Made by a program: the position numbers and the translations under genes
Origin: Candidatus Aenigmatarchaeota archaeon
Lineage (GTDB): Archaea > Aenigmatarchaeota > Aenigmatarchaeia > CG10238-14 > SCSR01
DNA: 64,000 bases
Direction: 5' to 3'
NCBI GenBank assembly: GCA_016187385.1
Contig: JACPJU010000001.1
Coordinates: forward strand, 337,144-401,143
Notes under the pieces: model-generated
The model's input: only the letters and a program-made list of their open reading frames with translations
The model's database searches: none
What the model was told of the DNA's origin: nothing
Shown here: positions 19,921 to 28,046 of the stretch, piece after piece
Numbering within the stretch: the first letter of the stretch is position 1
How the letters are laid out: every line of letters starts with the position of its first letter

Positions 19921-20155
19921 GCCATTCGCTTCTGTTCTTAGTTAACAATTTCCCCATTTTGAATCCTTTTCTCAACATTTCCAAAGCCCTCGCATTTACA
20001 TCAGTCGTTTTTTTCTTTTTCTCCCATTCTATCATGGCTTCTGTCACAGCTTTGCCCAAGTATCCCTTGTGTCTGCCGTAAGTCGCGCCAGCCAGTTTCC
20101 TGAATCTTTCTTCTACATCTTCTTGAACGCTTATCGTGATGACTTTGGTTTTCAT
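19910..20155 (-). CDS. VapB-like antitoxin
   Basis: 81 aa. Its stop overlaps the downstream PIN gene start, and it is a homologue of the 18545 antitoxin. Confidence 0.55.
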   Translation of the reverse strand: MKTKVITISVQEDVEERFRKLAGATYGRHKGYLGKAVTEAMIEWEKKKKTTDVNARALEMLRKGFKMGKLLTKNRSEWHER

Positions 20156-20230
20156 AATATCTATTTACATCTTCGAGTATTTAAATATATCATTATCTAT
20201 TTAGATTTGTCACACGTGTGACACGAAACA

Positions 20231-20260
20231 GAAAGCGAGAGTTAGAAAGAGATTTAAAAT
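20231..20260 (+). promoter_or_regulatory. Conserved promoter cassette copy 1 (GCGAGAGTTAGAAAGAGATTTAAAA; BRE/TATA 'AGATTTAAA')
   Basis: The TATA-like TTTAAA at 20253-20258 lies exactly 23 nt upstream of the ATG at 20281. The same arrangement recurs at three more genes. Confidence 0.55.
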
Positions 20261-20280
20261 CAACTAGCATACTATTTAAA

Positions 20281-20964
20281 ATGGCCGAATACATACGAGG
20301 AAACTGGAAAACTAATGAAGTTACGATAGATGGCAAACGATTACCACTACAAGAAAGTCTGATGTTTGTAAATATCAGTCCTGCAGGATTTAGTTGGGGT
20401 TATGGTGGAGCCGGTCCAAGCCAATTAGCTTTTGCAATACTCGCCAGATACACAAGTCATGAATTGGCTGGGGCGTATTATAGTGATTTTAAAAATGATG
20501 TAATAGCTAAACTCCCAAAATCAGATTTTGAATTACCAGTAGATGAAGTTAGAAGATGGTTAGATAGTAGAACAGATGAACAGAGAATAAATGCGAATAG
20601 ACGTGCCAAAAATCTGTCTTATGGAATTTCACTTATGCCCAACGATTTGGACGGGCTTTATCATTATGATGCTCATTGGAACGAAAGAGGTGCACTTGTA
20701 TTCTTAGATGTGCCGATTGTGGTAGATGCAGAAAGAAGTGATGAAAGAATAATAATTACTGCGGATGCAGAGTTGAGAACTTATTTAGGTAGACTAAAGG
20801 GGACTGGGGCAAGATTACCGATGCCTAAAAGAAGGAAAGGGCTTCGGGATTTCATTTCTTTTCCTGTAAACCCTAGAAATCTCAGACCGTTGCGGCCTGA
20901 AGAATCTTATTCAGAAGATCCGCATGCAGAATATGTCTGTATGGATAAAGAAGATGAAGTTTAG
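20281..20964 (+). CDS. Hypothetical protein
   Basis: The track ORF 20218..20964 contains the promoter cassette. The start is re-assigned to the ATG at 20281 (MAEYIRGNWK...), which is 23 nt after the TATA, implying a leaderless mRNA. Confidence 0.5.
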   Translation: MAEYIRGNWKTNEVTIDGKRLPLQESLMFVNISPAGFSWGYGGAGPSQLAFAILARYTSHELAGAYYSDFKNDVIAKLPKSDFELPVDEVRRWLDSRTDEQRINANRRAKNLSYGISLMPNDLDGLYHYDAHWNERGALVFLDVPIVVDAERSDERIIITADAELRTYLGRLKGTGARLPMPKRRKGLRDFISFPVNPRNLRPLRPEESYSEDPHAEYVCMDKEDEV

Positions 20965-20978
20965 AAAGAGATTTAAAG
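20961..20978 (+). promoter_or_regulatory. Conserved promoter cassette copy 2 (TTAGAAAGAGATTTAAAG)
   Basis: TTTAAA at 20972-20977 lies 23 nt upstream of the ATG at 21000. Confidence 0.55.
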
Positions 20979-20999
20979 ATTATCGTCTTCTAATGGATT

Positions 21000-21203
21000 A
21001 TGCTCAATTGGCTTTATAGACTTTATGGAGATTTTGGCCGGTTTTCCCCCTACAAAATATTGCGAAATCCTCGTTATGCATACATTTACAACCGAGGCTT
21101 TCGAGATAGGCACGTACCTTACAAACAAGACGGCATCGGGAGTAACTATTTGCCCTCTTACCAATACAAAAAACAGACAATGGATAACTATACGCAGAAA
21201 TAA
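21000..21203 (+). CDS. Small hypothetical protein (67 aa)
   Basis: Supported by its own copy of the conserved promoter plus the conserved TAATGRATTATG start context. Confidence 0.4.
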   Translation: MLNWLYRLYGDFGRFSPYKILRNPRYAYIYNRGFRDRHVPYKQDGIGSNYLPSYQYKKQTMDNYTQK

Positions 21204-21214
21204 CCCAAACGAAA

Positions 21215-21233
21215 TTTAGAAGAGATTTAAAGG
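21215..21233 (+). promoter_or_regulatory. Conserved promoter cassette copy 3 (TTTAGAAGAGATTTAAAGG)
   Basis: TTTAAA at 21226-21231 lies 23 nt upstream of the ATG at 21254. Confidence 0.55.
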
Positions 21234-21253
21234 TTACTTTCCTTTAATGAATT

Positions 21254-21865
21254 ATGATGTCTAATGGACGAGACCGCGGACAATCAATTGACGAAATAAT
21301 GGAAAGAATGAGAGAGGATATGTACTCCGTAGTTGACAAATACGTGGAAGAATTAAGAGAAAGAGCGTTATCCTCATTACCGACTACAACGGATGTCCGT
21401 GAAAAGAGATTAAAAGAATTAAAAGTGAAGACGCCCGAAAGTCCCTCTGAAAAAAGTCAAAAAGTCTTAGACATAGTCGAAAGATATAATATTGGGGATA
21501 GATTTACTACTAGTGAATTTAGCGACAAGTTTTTCGCTCAGTACGGTTCCATCTCTGGCTTATTACCAGTTCTTTCTTCCCATAAAAATGAATTTGGACT
21601 CGAGTACGATTCACAAACAAAGTTATGGACAAAAGTCAGAAAATATCAAAAACCTAAAATGATGAGTGAAGACCTAGATTCGGACCGTAAAGTCCTTTTC
21701 GCTATTTCAGAGTATCCTGTGGGAGCTGTCTTTAGCGTCGATGAATTATCAGAAGCTACTGGATATGGAACGAAAAGTATCAGAGCTTATTTAAGGCGAC
21801 CGAAGGAAAGAATGGAAATTTTAGGAATTAAAGAAGAAGGAGACAGATACGCAAAAGTCAATTAA
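21254..21865 (+). CDS. Hypothetical protein
   Basis: 203-aa ORF with the conserved promoter upstream. Confidence 0.5.
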   Translation: MMSNGRDRGQSIDEIMERMREDMYSVVDKYVEELRERALSSLPTTTDVREKRLKELKVKTPESPSEKSQKVLDIVERYNIGDRFTTSEFSDKFFAQYGSISGLLPVLSSHKNEFGLEYDSQTKLWTKVRKYQKPKMMSEDLDSDRKVLFAISEYPVGAVFSVDELSEATGYGTKSIRAYLRRPKERMEILGIKEEGDRYAKVN

Positions 21866-21929
21866 AGGTTTTTGTAGTGACGAAACATGTGGGCTTGGAA
21901 AGCTTATGATTTCTTGTTTCAATTTAATT

Positions 21930-21963
21930 TTAGAAAGTGAGAGTTTTTGGAATAGATTTAAAG
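21930..21963 (+). promoter_or_regulatory. Conserved promoter cassette copy 4, long form (TTAGAAAGTGAGAGTTTTTGGAATAGATTTAAAG)
   Basis: TTTAAA at 21957-21962 lies 23 nt upstream of the ATG at 21985. It also carries the GAAAGTGAGAGTT box, which recurs at 19417 and in the 22.9-23.3 kb array. Confidence 0.55.
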
Positions 21964-21984
21964 ATTAACGGTTAGTTAAGATTT

Positions 21985-22485
21985 ATGTCTGATAAATTCT
22001 ATGTACCTTACAGGAGTGTCGATGGACAACTGCAGCCATCACAAATAACAACTGATATTTCTTTGGTGGAAGAACTTCTTCAATCAGGACAAACAGACGG
22101 CTACATTATTGGATATCAAGTACCAAAAAAGGTGACCAATATTTTCAATGCATCCATATATGATCTCCCATGGGCTGAAGTAAATCCTAAACACCCACAC
22201 CAGACCTATCGTGCAGCCCACGCTTTCACGCGATTTTTACGTAATCTAAAGTCTCCAGATAGAATCACTACGAATATGATGAGGAACGGTCGCAAGCATG
22301 GTGTAACAGTCGGAGAAGTATGGGAATTATTTACTTATCATGCGGGAGGAGATGAAGAATTAAACATACGAAATTATAATAAAGGTAGTCTTGAGATGAC
22401 ATACAATGCCTTTCGCCAGGCGGGTTTGGAGTTACCCGAAGTTAAGCTTGCAAAAGGTGAAATTAAATGGCGACAATATACATAA
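21985..22485 (+). CDS. Hypothetical protein
   Basis: 166-aa ORF with the conserved promoter upstream. Confidence 0.5.
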   Translation: MSDKFYVPYRSVDGQLQPSQITTDISLVEELLQSGQTDGYIIGYQVPKKVTNIFNASIYDLPWAEVNPKHPHQTYRAAHAFTRFLRNLKSPDRITTNMMRNGRKHGVTVGEVWELFTYHAGGDEELNIRNYNKGSLEMTYNAFRQAGLELPEVKLAKGEIKWRQYT

Positions 22486-22870
22486 AAACAACCTAAAACA
22501 CTTTGATATAATAGTATTTATCTCCGATGTTGTGCTGGGGAATATATGTTGGAGTGGATTATTGCCTTGTAAGCAGATCTATGGCGTTTATTATCGCAAG
22601 TGCAGAAGCAGGTACCGTTACTAAACTGCTGTAAAATTGCCATTCTTGGTATCTGATCAGTTTTATGAACTCTCGAGGCGAAGTAATGGGATTTTCGCGA
22701 TTCCTTCTTTCAAACGTATAAGCTCCAATAACAGGTACGTAATCTATCAAGTAATAATCCGCCATAAGTAATATTAACCGTTAAAATATTTAAATTACAT
22801 ATTAATCATATTCTTCATTATATATGTCCGTGAGTATAAATAACCTCAATTTCATATTATCTATCACTTT

Positions 22871-23295
22871 CGAAAGTGAGATTTTACGCTTTTAATACCT
22901 GAAATATACCTTATTTAGCCCTTTTAATACAAGAACGAAACATGTGATATATTATATATGTAAGAGTGATTTGATTTTTACCAAAAGTGAGGAATTTCTA
23001 TTATATACTACAAAATATAATTCATGAAATAACTGTTGGTGAGTCTTAATAGCAGAGTGAGAGTTAATATGATAAACAAGAAATATGGTTTATATAATAT
23101 AGAATAAAAAGAAAGTGAGCATTAATATATTTAAGAGTACTTATGAGATACGTATCTCATCAGCAATCAGAAATTTATCTCTATAACAGAAGAGTGAGAG
23201 TTAAACAGAAGATTCGCAAAAAATAGAATAGTGAGAAATCAGCTTCTAGAAATATTGTGAGTATTGATCGAAAAGTTTATTTGTGAGAAATACCA
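22871..23295. repeat. Iteron-like array: about 8 imperfect direct repeats of (A)GTGAG(A)(GTTAA) in an AT-rich non-coding stretch
   Basis: Copies lie near 22878, 22986, 23058 (AGAGTGAGAGTTAAT), 23116, 23195 (AGAGTGAGAGTTAAA), 23231, 23258 and 23283, irregularly spaced at roughly 25-110 bp. No ORF is present. Confidence 0.5.
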
Positions 23296-23304
23296 ATAGT
23301 AAGT

Positions 23305-23985
23305 ATGGTTTTAGACTGGTTCAAGCGCTTGATTAAAAAACAAACAAGCGGACAAGCGCTTGATTCAATCAATCAAACAAACAAACAAGCGGACAAACAA
23401 ACAAACACGCAAACATCGGAATACTCGTCACTTGAGTTTGACAAGGAATCTGTCCAATTAGGGCTGGCTGCCGGGTATACAGGTCGTTCAATCCACGACA
23501 TAAACACCACTCTAAACCGAATAGAAACCTTAATGCCATCTAAAGACTGGCTACTTATTCAATTCGAAGAACATTTCCATCGCCATGAAGAAAACGAGCA
23601 GAGGCGTCTTGAAATCGTCTTAAAAGCCTTAAATTCGCTCCATTTGCTTTCTTCTCAAGCACCTGAGCCTTTAAAGACTAAAATGTTAGACCAGATTAAA
23701 GTCGTAGAAACAAATCTTGAATTATCTAGAAGAATGACCGAATTAGTCCAGCTCGTGAAATACTCAGGTGAGGCCACCTACAAGGATCTTGCTGCCAAGA
23801 TGGGTATAACACCATCTGCTTTCAGAAGTATGTTATCTCTAGCGATGCAAAGAACAAACGAACTTGAGAAAATAATTAGAGGTAATAAGAAATATCTTAA
23901 ATACAGGAATTCAAGCACCGCTTCAAGCGTTCAAACGGACACTAACAACGAACAAAATCAATCAAACGAACAAGCAAGCACCTAA
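23305..23985 (+). CDS. Hypothetical protein with Q/N/T-rich low-complexity ends and a C-terminal wHTH-like segment
   Basis: 226 aa with KQADKQTNTQT repeats and a segment (YKDLAAKMGITPSAFRSMLSLAMQRTNELEKI) resembling a DNA-binding HTH. It lies immediately downstream of the iteron-like array. Confidence 0.45.
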   Translation: MVLDWFKRLIKKQTSGQALDSINQTNKQADKQTNTQTSEYSSLEFDKESVQLGLAAGYTGRSIHDINTTLNRIETLMPSKDWLLIQFEEHFHRHEENEQRRLEIVLKALNSLHLLSSQAPEPLKTKMLDQIKVVETNLELSRRMTELVQLVKYSGEATYKDLAAKMGITPSAFRSMLSLAMQRTNELEKIIRGNKKYLKYRNSSTASSVQTDTNNEQNQSNEQAST

Positions 23986-24041
23986 AATACCCAAAAAGTA
24001 TACCTATATCCCAGAGAAAGAAAAGAAGAACGAAGCGGAAC

Positions 24042-24170
24042 TTAGTTGCTCCACTTCAATCTGCAATGAGGGCAAACCTCAATTTTTTCGAAAACGCCAG
24101 CTCTAACGAACGTATGGCATTTTCTACAAGGTACGTTGACCTTGCCAATGAACGGACTAAACTTTGACAT
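24042..24170 (-). CDS. Small 4-Cys zinc-ribbon protein (42 aa)
   Basis: Not in the track. Translation is MSKFSPFIGKVNVPCRKCHTFVRAGVFEKIEVCPHCRLKWSN. The SD-like GGGGTGA sits 4 nt upstream of the ATG. Confidence 0.35.
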   Translation of the reverse strand: MSKFSPFIGKVNVPCRKCHTFVRAGVFEKIEVCPHCRLKWSN

Positions 24171-24281
24171 ATTTCACCCCTTGGAGGATTACCGATCGAT
24201 AACCGAAGTATATTATATAGCTTTGCTAGTATATAAACATTTACAATTTTGGAGATAATTTCTAAACCAATCATGACTTTA

Positions 24282-24590
24282 TTATCTGGAGCTTCTAACG
24301 GATTCAATCTTTCTCTTTATTTCCATGTATCTCAAGATGCTGTTCACGTTAACGCCCGGCTTTATTCGCACCATTTTTATTTTCAGGAACGGTTCGACGC
24401 CTTCCTGTTCTATAATCGATTCTCTCAGATACTTGTCGATAAGTCTGGAAACGGTCTTATGGTTCAAATTGCATCTCCTGCCGATTTCTCTATACCATAA
24501 CCAGCTAGTTCTCGACTCTTCGAGGCATTTAACGACTCTGATTACGTTTTCCAGCTCGTCCTTGCGTATTTTATCTCCCGTTTTGGCCAT
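24282..24590 (-). CDS. Winged-helix transcriptional regulator
   Basis: 102 aa with a wHTH (WYREIGRRCNLNHKTVSRLIDKYLRESIIEQEG). Confidence 0.5.
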   Translation of the reverse strand: MAKTGDKIRKDELENVIRVVKCLEESRTSWLWYREIGRRCNLNHKTVSRLIDKYLRESIIEQEGVEPFLKIKMVRIKPGVNVNSILRYMEIKRKIESVRSSR

Positions 24591-24708
24591 ATATCTTTCA
24601 CCCGCGAATTCTCACGTCCCAGTTGGAGCATTTCTCACTCCTAATTGGTAAGATTGACACATAAACCTTAAAACCTGTATAAATTTTTAGTTACTTATTA
24701 TAATCGTT

Positions 24709-25329
24709 ATGACAAAGCTAGAAAAGAACGAGACAACACGATTCTACAGCAATCTGATGGAGATAGCTAGAAAGCCAAATACACAACAACGGTATAATTT
24801 GCTTGTTCAACTCCATCAGGAGACTCTTGATTTCTACGTTCCTACTATTCGTGCAATTACATCAAAAGCAGCATATACGCCAAGCAGTGATGGCAGACCA
24901 CTTTCGCTTGTCGTTGCTCATATAATGGGTTGGGAAGAATGGCAAATACAAGTGTTCAGCGATTCAAACAGAGAAGAACGATTACGAAAACAAATGAAAC
25001 TTCAAGGATATTATGACACTGATACAGAACAAATGACAGATTTCAAAAATGTAGATGATTTCAATGCTTATAATGCCCGCAGATACGGCAATCAATCATG
25101 GAATAAACTCCAGCAACAAGCAATCGATACGGCATTACATCTTCAGTCATTTTTTCCTCCAATCCCATATCATGACTGGATCGACTTCTTGGAGAATACG
25201 CCTATGCATAATTGGAGAATATTACCAAACAATGTTCTTGCTGTTCCTTATGGTTGGTATTTGTGGATGGTTTCTCTTGAGCATGAAGCAGTGGAACACA
25301 GAAAAGATTTAGAACAAACTAAACCCTAG
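24709..25329 (+). CDS. Possible ClbS/DfsB-like (DUF1706) four-helix-bundle protein
   Basis: 206 aa. LSLVVAHIMGWEEW resembles the AHLxxWxE motif of ClbS/DfsB. Weak assignment. Confidence 0.3.
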   Translation: MTKLEKNETTRFYSNLMEIARKPNTQQRYNLLVQLHQETLDFYVPTIRAITSKAAYTPSSDGRPLSLVVAHIMGWEEWQIQVFSDSNREERLRKQMKLQGYYDTDTEQMTDFKNVDDFNAYNARRYGNQSWNKLQQQAIDTALHLQSFFPPIPYHDWIDFLENTPMHNWRILPNNVLAVPYGWYLWMVSLEHEAVEHRKDLEQTKP

Positions 25330-25365
25330 AATAATCAAACTGTCTTAACAGATAAATGCATAATC

Positions 25366-25860
25366 TTAAAATTTGTATTCTTCCAGCTTGTAAACTTTTG
25401 AAACAACGACCTCTTTCCAGTCGCCTATGATGCTTCCAAATTTCTGTCTCAGTTCCATCTTCATCTCGTCCATCTCATAAGTGTCCTTGGCCAGAAACAC
25501 GACATACAGATCATAATCGCCTATCATGCCCATCAGATCTATAACCCTCGGATTTCTCATCAAGTCTTCAATAAGCGCGTTGTACTTTTCTCTGGTCATG
25601 TCCTTGAGTTTCACGTATATGTGGACGCCCAGCGGCAGTCCCATCTTGTCCACGTCAACCTGTATCGTATACCTGGATACAACTTTATCATTCTCCAATC
25701 TCTGCAGCCTCTTCTTTGTGGAATCCACTGAAAGACCTATCTCTTTGGCTAGACCGGTCAGTTTAATTCTCGCATTTTTAACCATGATATTTATGATTTT
25801 GCGGTCAATGTCGTCCGGCTCTCTTAATTTATAGTGTCTTTTACCTATTTTTGCTTCCAT
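25366..25860 (-). CDS. Lrp/AsnC family transcriptional regulator
   Basis: 164 aa with an N-terminal HTH (DDIDRKIINIMVKNARIKLTGLAKEIGLSVDSTKKRLQRLE) and a C-terminal RAM domain. Confidence 0.8.
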   Translation of the reverse strand: MEAKIGKRHYKLREPDDIDRKIINIMVKNARIKLTGLAKEIGLSVDSTKKRLQRLENDKVVSRYTIQVDVDKMGLPLGVHIYVKLKDMTREKYNALIEDLMRNPRVIDLMGMIGDYDLYVVFLAKDTYEMDEMKMELRQKFGSIIGDWKEVVVSKVYKLEEYKF

Positions 25861-26200
25861 TACTCTTAATTAATAAGATAAAAATTTAAATCTATCGTAT
25901 TTTTAAGCCATTTTCTGTTAAAACTATTAGTACTTCTATGACTACTAGATAGTAACAAGTGATGCAAATGAAAAAAGAATGCGATGTGTGCAGAACATAC
26001 ATCTTTGATGAGCAGCTTAGAAATCCAGCCCCAAGTGCAGCAAAAGGACATGCGTATACTGCAACAGGATGTGCGACATTTGTCTGAAGATGTTTTGTTT
26101 CGAAGACGTCCAAGTCAGGAAAGCCGCTATGCCAATGGGCGGCATTCAACTGATGAAACTCTGTGAGTTCTGCAAGGACCAGTTCAAGACGTGATGAAAA

Positions 26201-26662
26201 ATGGCTTTAGACGATGCGACAGATTTTTATCAAGCAGTCAGATCCTATTTCATGGAAGGTGGAACACATTCGAGTCAAATGGTAAGATACCAATTTTTTA
26301 CGAAACTGTTTTTAGACAGGCTTCCACAATTGCGAGCAAGTGAGGCGTACTATAATATTCATATATCATATCCATGGGGAAAACCACGAGAGTCAAGAAG
26401 GAAAATGAGAGACATAACACCAGAAGAACTGAGGGCTGTTTATTCAGTCGGTGCTGATAGATTCAATAAATCGGCTTCAATTGTTGGTACAAACGTGTCT
26501 AAAGGATTTCAGGTTCCAGTAACTCTTGACGATGCACTCTATGTATTATGCGATGCAATCCCAGAGGCATTCAGAAGAGTTCATGGTGACACCCCAATGG
26601 ATAGATATCAAGGCTCCATTAAAGCTGATTATGGCGGATTTGAAACAGGAAAAAGACGTTAA
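26201..26662 (+). CDS. Hypothetical protein
   Basis: 153-aa ORF. Confidence 0.35.
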   Translation: MALDDATDFYQAVRSYFMEGGTHSSQMVRYQFFTKLFLDRLPQLRASEAYYNIHISYPWGKPRESRRKMRDITPEELRAVYSVGADRFNKSASIVGTNVSKGFQVPVTLDDALYVLCDAIPEAFRRVHGDTPMDRYQGSIKADYGGFETGKRR

Positions 26663-26669
26663 CATTTAG

Positions 26670-27080
26670 ATGATTGCTATGTACGAGACTAAACCGTATC
26701 AATTTGGCGAAGAGAAGGCAGATGAGTTTAGAAAGCGGATATCGGCAGGACGCATACAATATTACGATGATATTAGCGTGTTAGGAGACGGTACAATCTT
26801 AGGCCATTCAGGTACAGGTGTATATATTTTGGGTGAAGATGGTCATCCGGTTTCAGCACGATTTTATGAAATCGCTCCGACGAGAAAGGGTTACATGGCC
26901 CGAATAGGTGGAACCAAGGTTTATCTTGATGGATATGGTACAATAAGAAGAGTTGAATTATCAGAAGGATTAAAGAGACTATGGTCAGAATCTCGTCAGA
27001 TGGAGGAAATGCATCGGTTTCTTCACGGAAAAAGTCTCAGAAGTTCCGCCAAGTATATATGGAAAAAATATCAAGTCTAG
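26670..27080 (+). CDS. Hypothetical protein
   Basis: 136-aa ORF, co-oriented and adjacent to the previous gene. Confidence 0.35.
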   Translation: MIAMYETKPYQFGEEKADEFRKRISAGRIQYYDDISVLGDGTILGHSGTGVYILGEDGHPVSARFYEIAPTRKGYMARIGGTKVYLDGYGTIRRVELSEGLKRLWSESRQMEEMHRFLHGKSLRSSAKYIWKKYQV

Positions 27081-27171
27081 TAAAGTCAGCGTGGAAGAAA
27101 ATGGTGGAAGGAAAGAACAAGGGTCATATGCAGATCATGAAACTGTGTAATAATTGCAATGATGCCAAGAT

Positions 27172-27912
27172 GTGGGTACAATGAACGATGTTGTTCTTTG
27201 GAAACCGCTTTACTACACAAGCATTGCGATGTTCGTTCTTTCTTTGGTTCTTTTTCCTTTCAGTTCGCAGTGGTCGATAATAGTCATTTTGGCTCTGGTT
27301 ACATTATGGAGCAGAATTCCAGGATTCGTTCATTTTATTTTCAACAAGTTGGCGTTGAATGATCTTTTTACTTTGATTATTGCCGTCCATGCCGGTCCAT
27401 TGGTTGGTGGTTTATTTGGCGTATTTGGGATAATGTTTGCGAGAATATTCGGACCAAACGAATGGCTGCCTTACAGCATAAGAGCAAGTGTCGCTGTATT
27501 TGTTGCCGGTATCAGCGTGCCTTTGATTACAAGTTTTACAGGAGGACTTGATGTGACAGCCTTGTATGCGTTTGAAGGCGTTCTTTACTTCACATATTAT
27601 GCACTTGTTTTGTTATTTTGGAAAGAAGAGATAGGACTGGAGATAGCGCTTTTGCCAGCTGTCATATTTTTTGACTTTTTCATGAACGCATTTCTGATAA
27701 GCGTTTTCGGCGAAACACTCTCCAACATGATGACTATTGGATTGAGTTCAGGATGGCCATTCTTGATATTCAGCGGAGTGATTCTGGCTTATGTCATGCT
27801 GGCGAGAAACGGGAAAAGGATTGCCGGTCTCTTGGAAAGATTGTGGAGCAAATTCGGAAGCGGTGAAAAGAAAGAACGGGATGAAAATTTGGCATATAGA
27901 ATTGGAATATAG
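27172..27912 (+). CDS. Polytopic membrane protein, hypothetical
   Basis: 246 aa with at least 6 predicted TM helices. Confidence 0.45.
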   Translation: MGTMNDVVLWKPLYYTSIAMFVLSLVLFPFSSQWSIIVILALVTLWSRIPGFVHFIFNKLALNDLFTLIIAVHAGPLVGGLFGVFGIMFARIFGPNEWLPYSIRASVAVFVAGISVPLITSFTGGLDVTALYAFEGVLYFTYYALVLLFWKEEIGLEIALLPAVIFFDFFMNAFLISVFGETLSNMMTIGLSSGWPFLIFSGVILAYVMLARNGKRIAGLLERLWSKFGSGEKKERDENLAYRIGI

Positions 27913-27920
27913 ATTTATCA

Positions 27921-28046
27921 TTATCTGCTTCTCTTGCGTTTCTTCCTGCAATCCTTGCACAGCCACAGGTAACCGGTCTTGAATAGTTTACCGACAGTTT
28001 TGACATTGCCCTTGCAACCATCACAGTTAATGTGAATAATACCCAC
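27921..28046 (-). CDS. Possible small zinc-ribbon protein (41 aa, GTG start)
   Basis: Translation is (M)GIIHINCDGCKGNVKTVGKLFKTGYLWLCKDCRKKRKRSR. It overlaps the 3' end of the LAGLIDADG gene. Low confidence. Confidence 0.2.
   Translation of the reverse strand: MGIIHINCDGCKGNVKTVGKLFKTGYLWLCKDCRKKRKRSR

Noticed and set aside
22871-23295. CRISPR array or chromosomal oriC (ORB elements) interpretation of the repeat region
   Set aside because: The repeats are short (about 10-12 nt), imperfect and irregularly spaced, unlike CRISPR repeats of 24-48 nt with uniform spacers. No cas1/cas2 is present. The box does not match archaeal ORB or mini-ORB consensus, and no orc1/cdc6 gene is adjacent.
24056-24307. 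83-aa minus-strand ORF from the ORF track
   Set aside because: An alternative frame in the same region encodes a compact 4-Cys zinc-ribbon protein (24042..24170) with an SD 4 nt upstream. The 83-aa frame has no features and is probably a spurious read-through.
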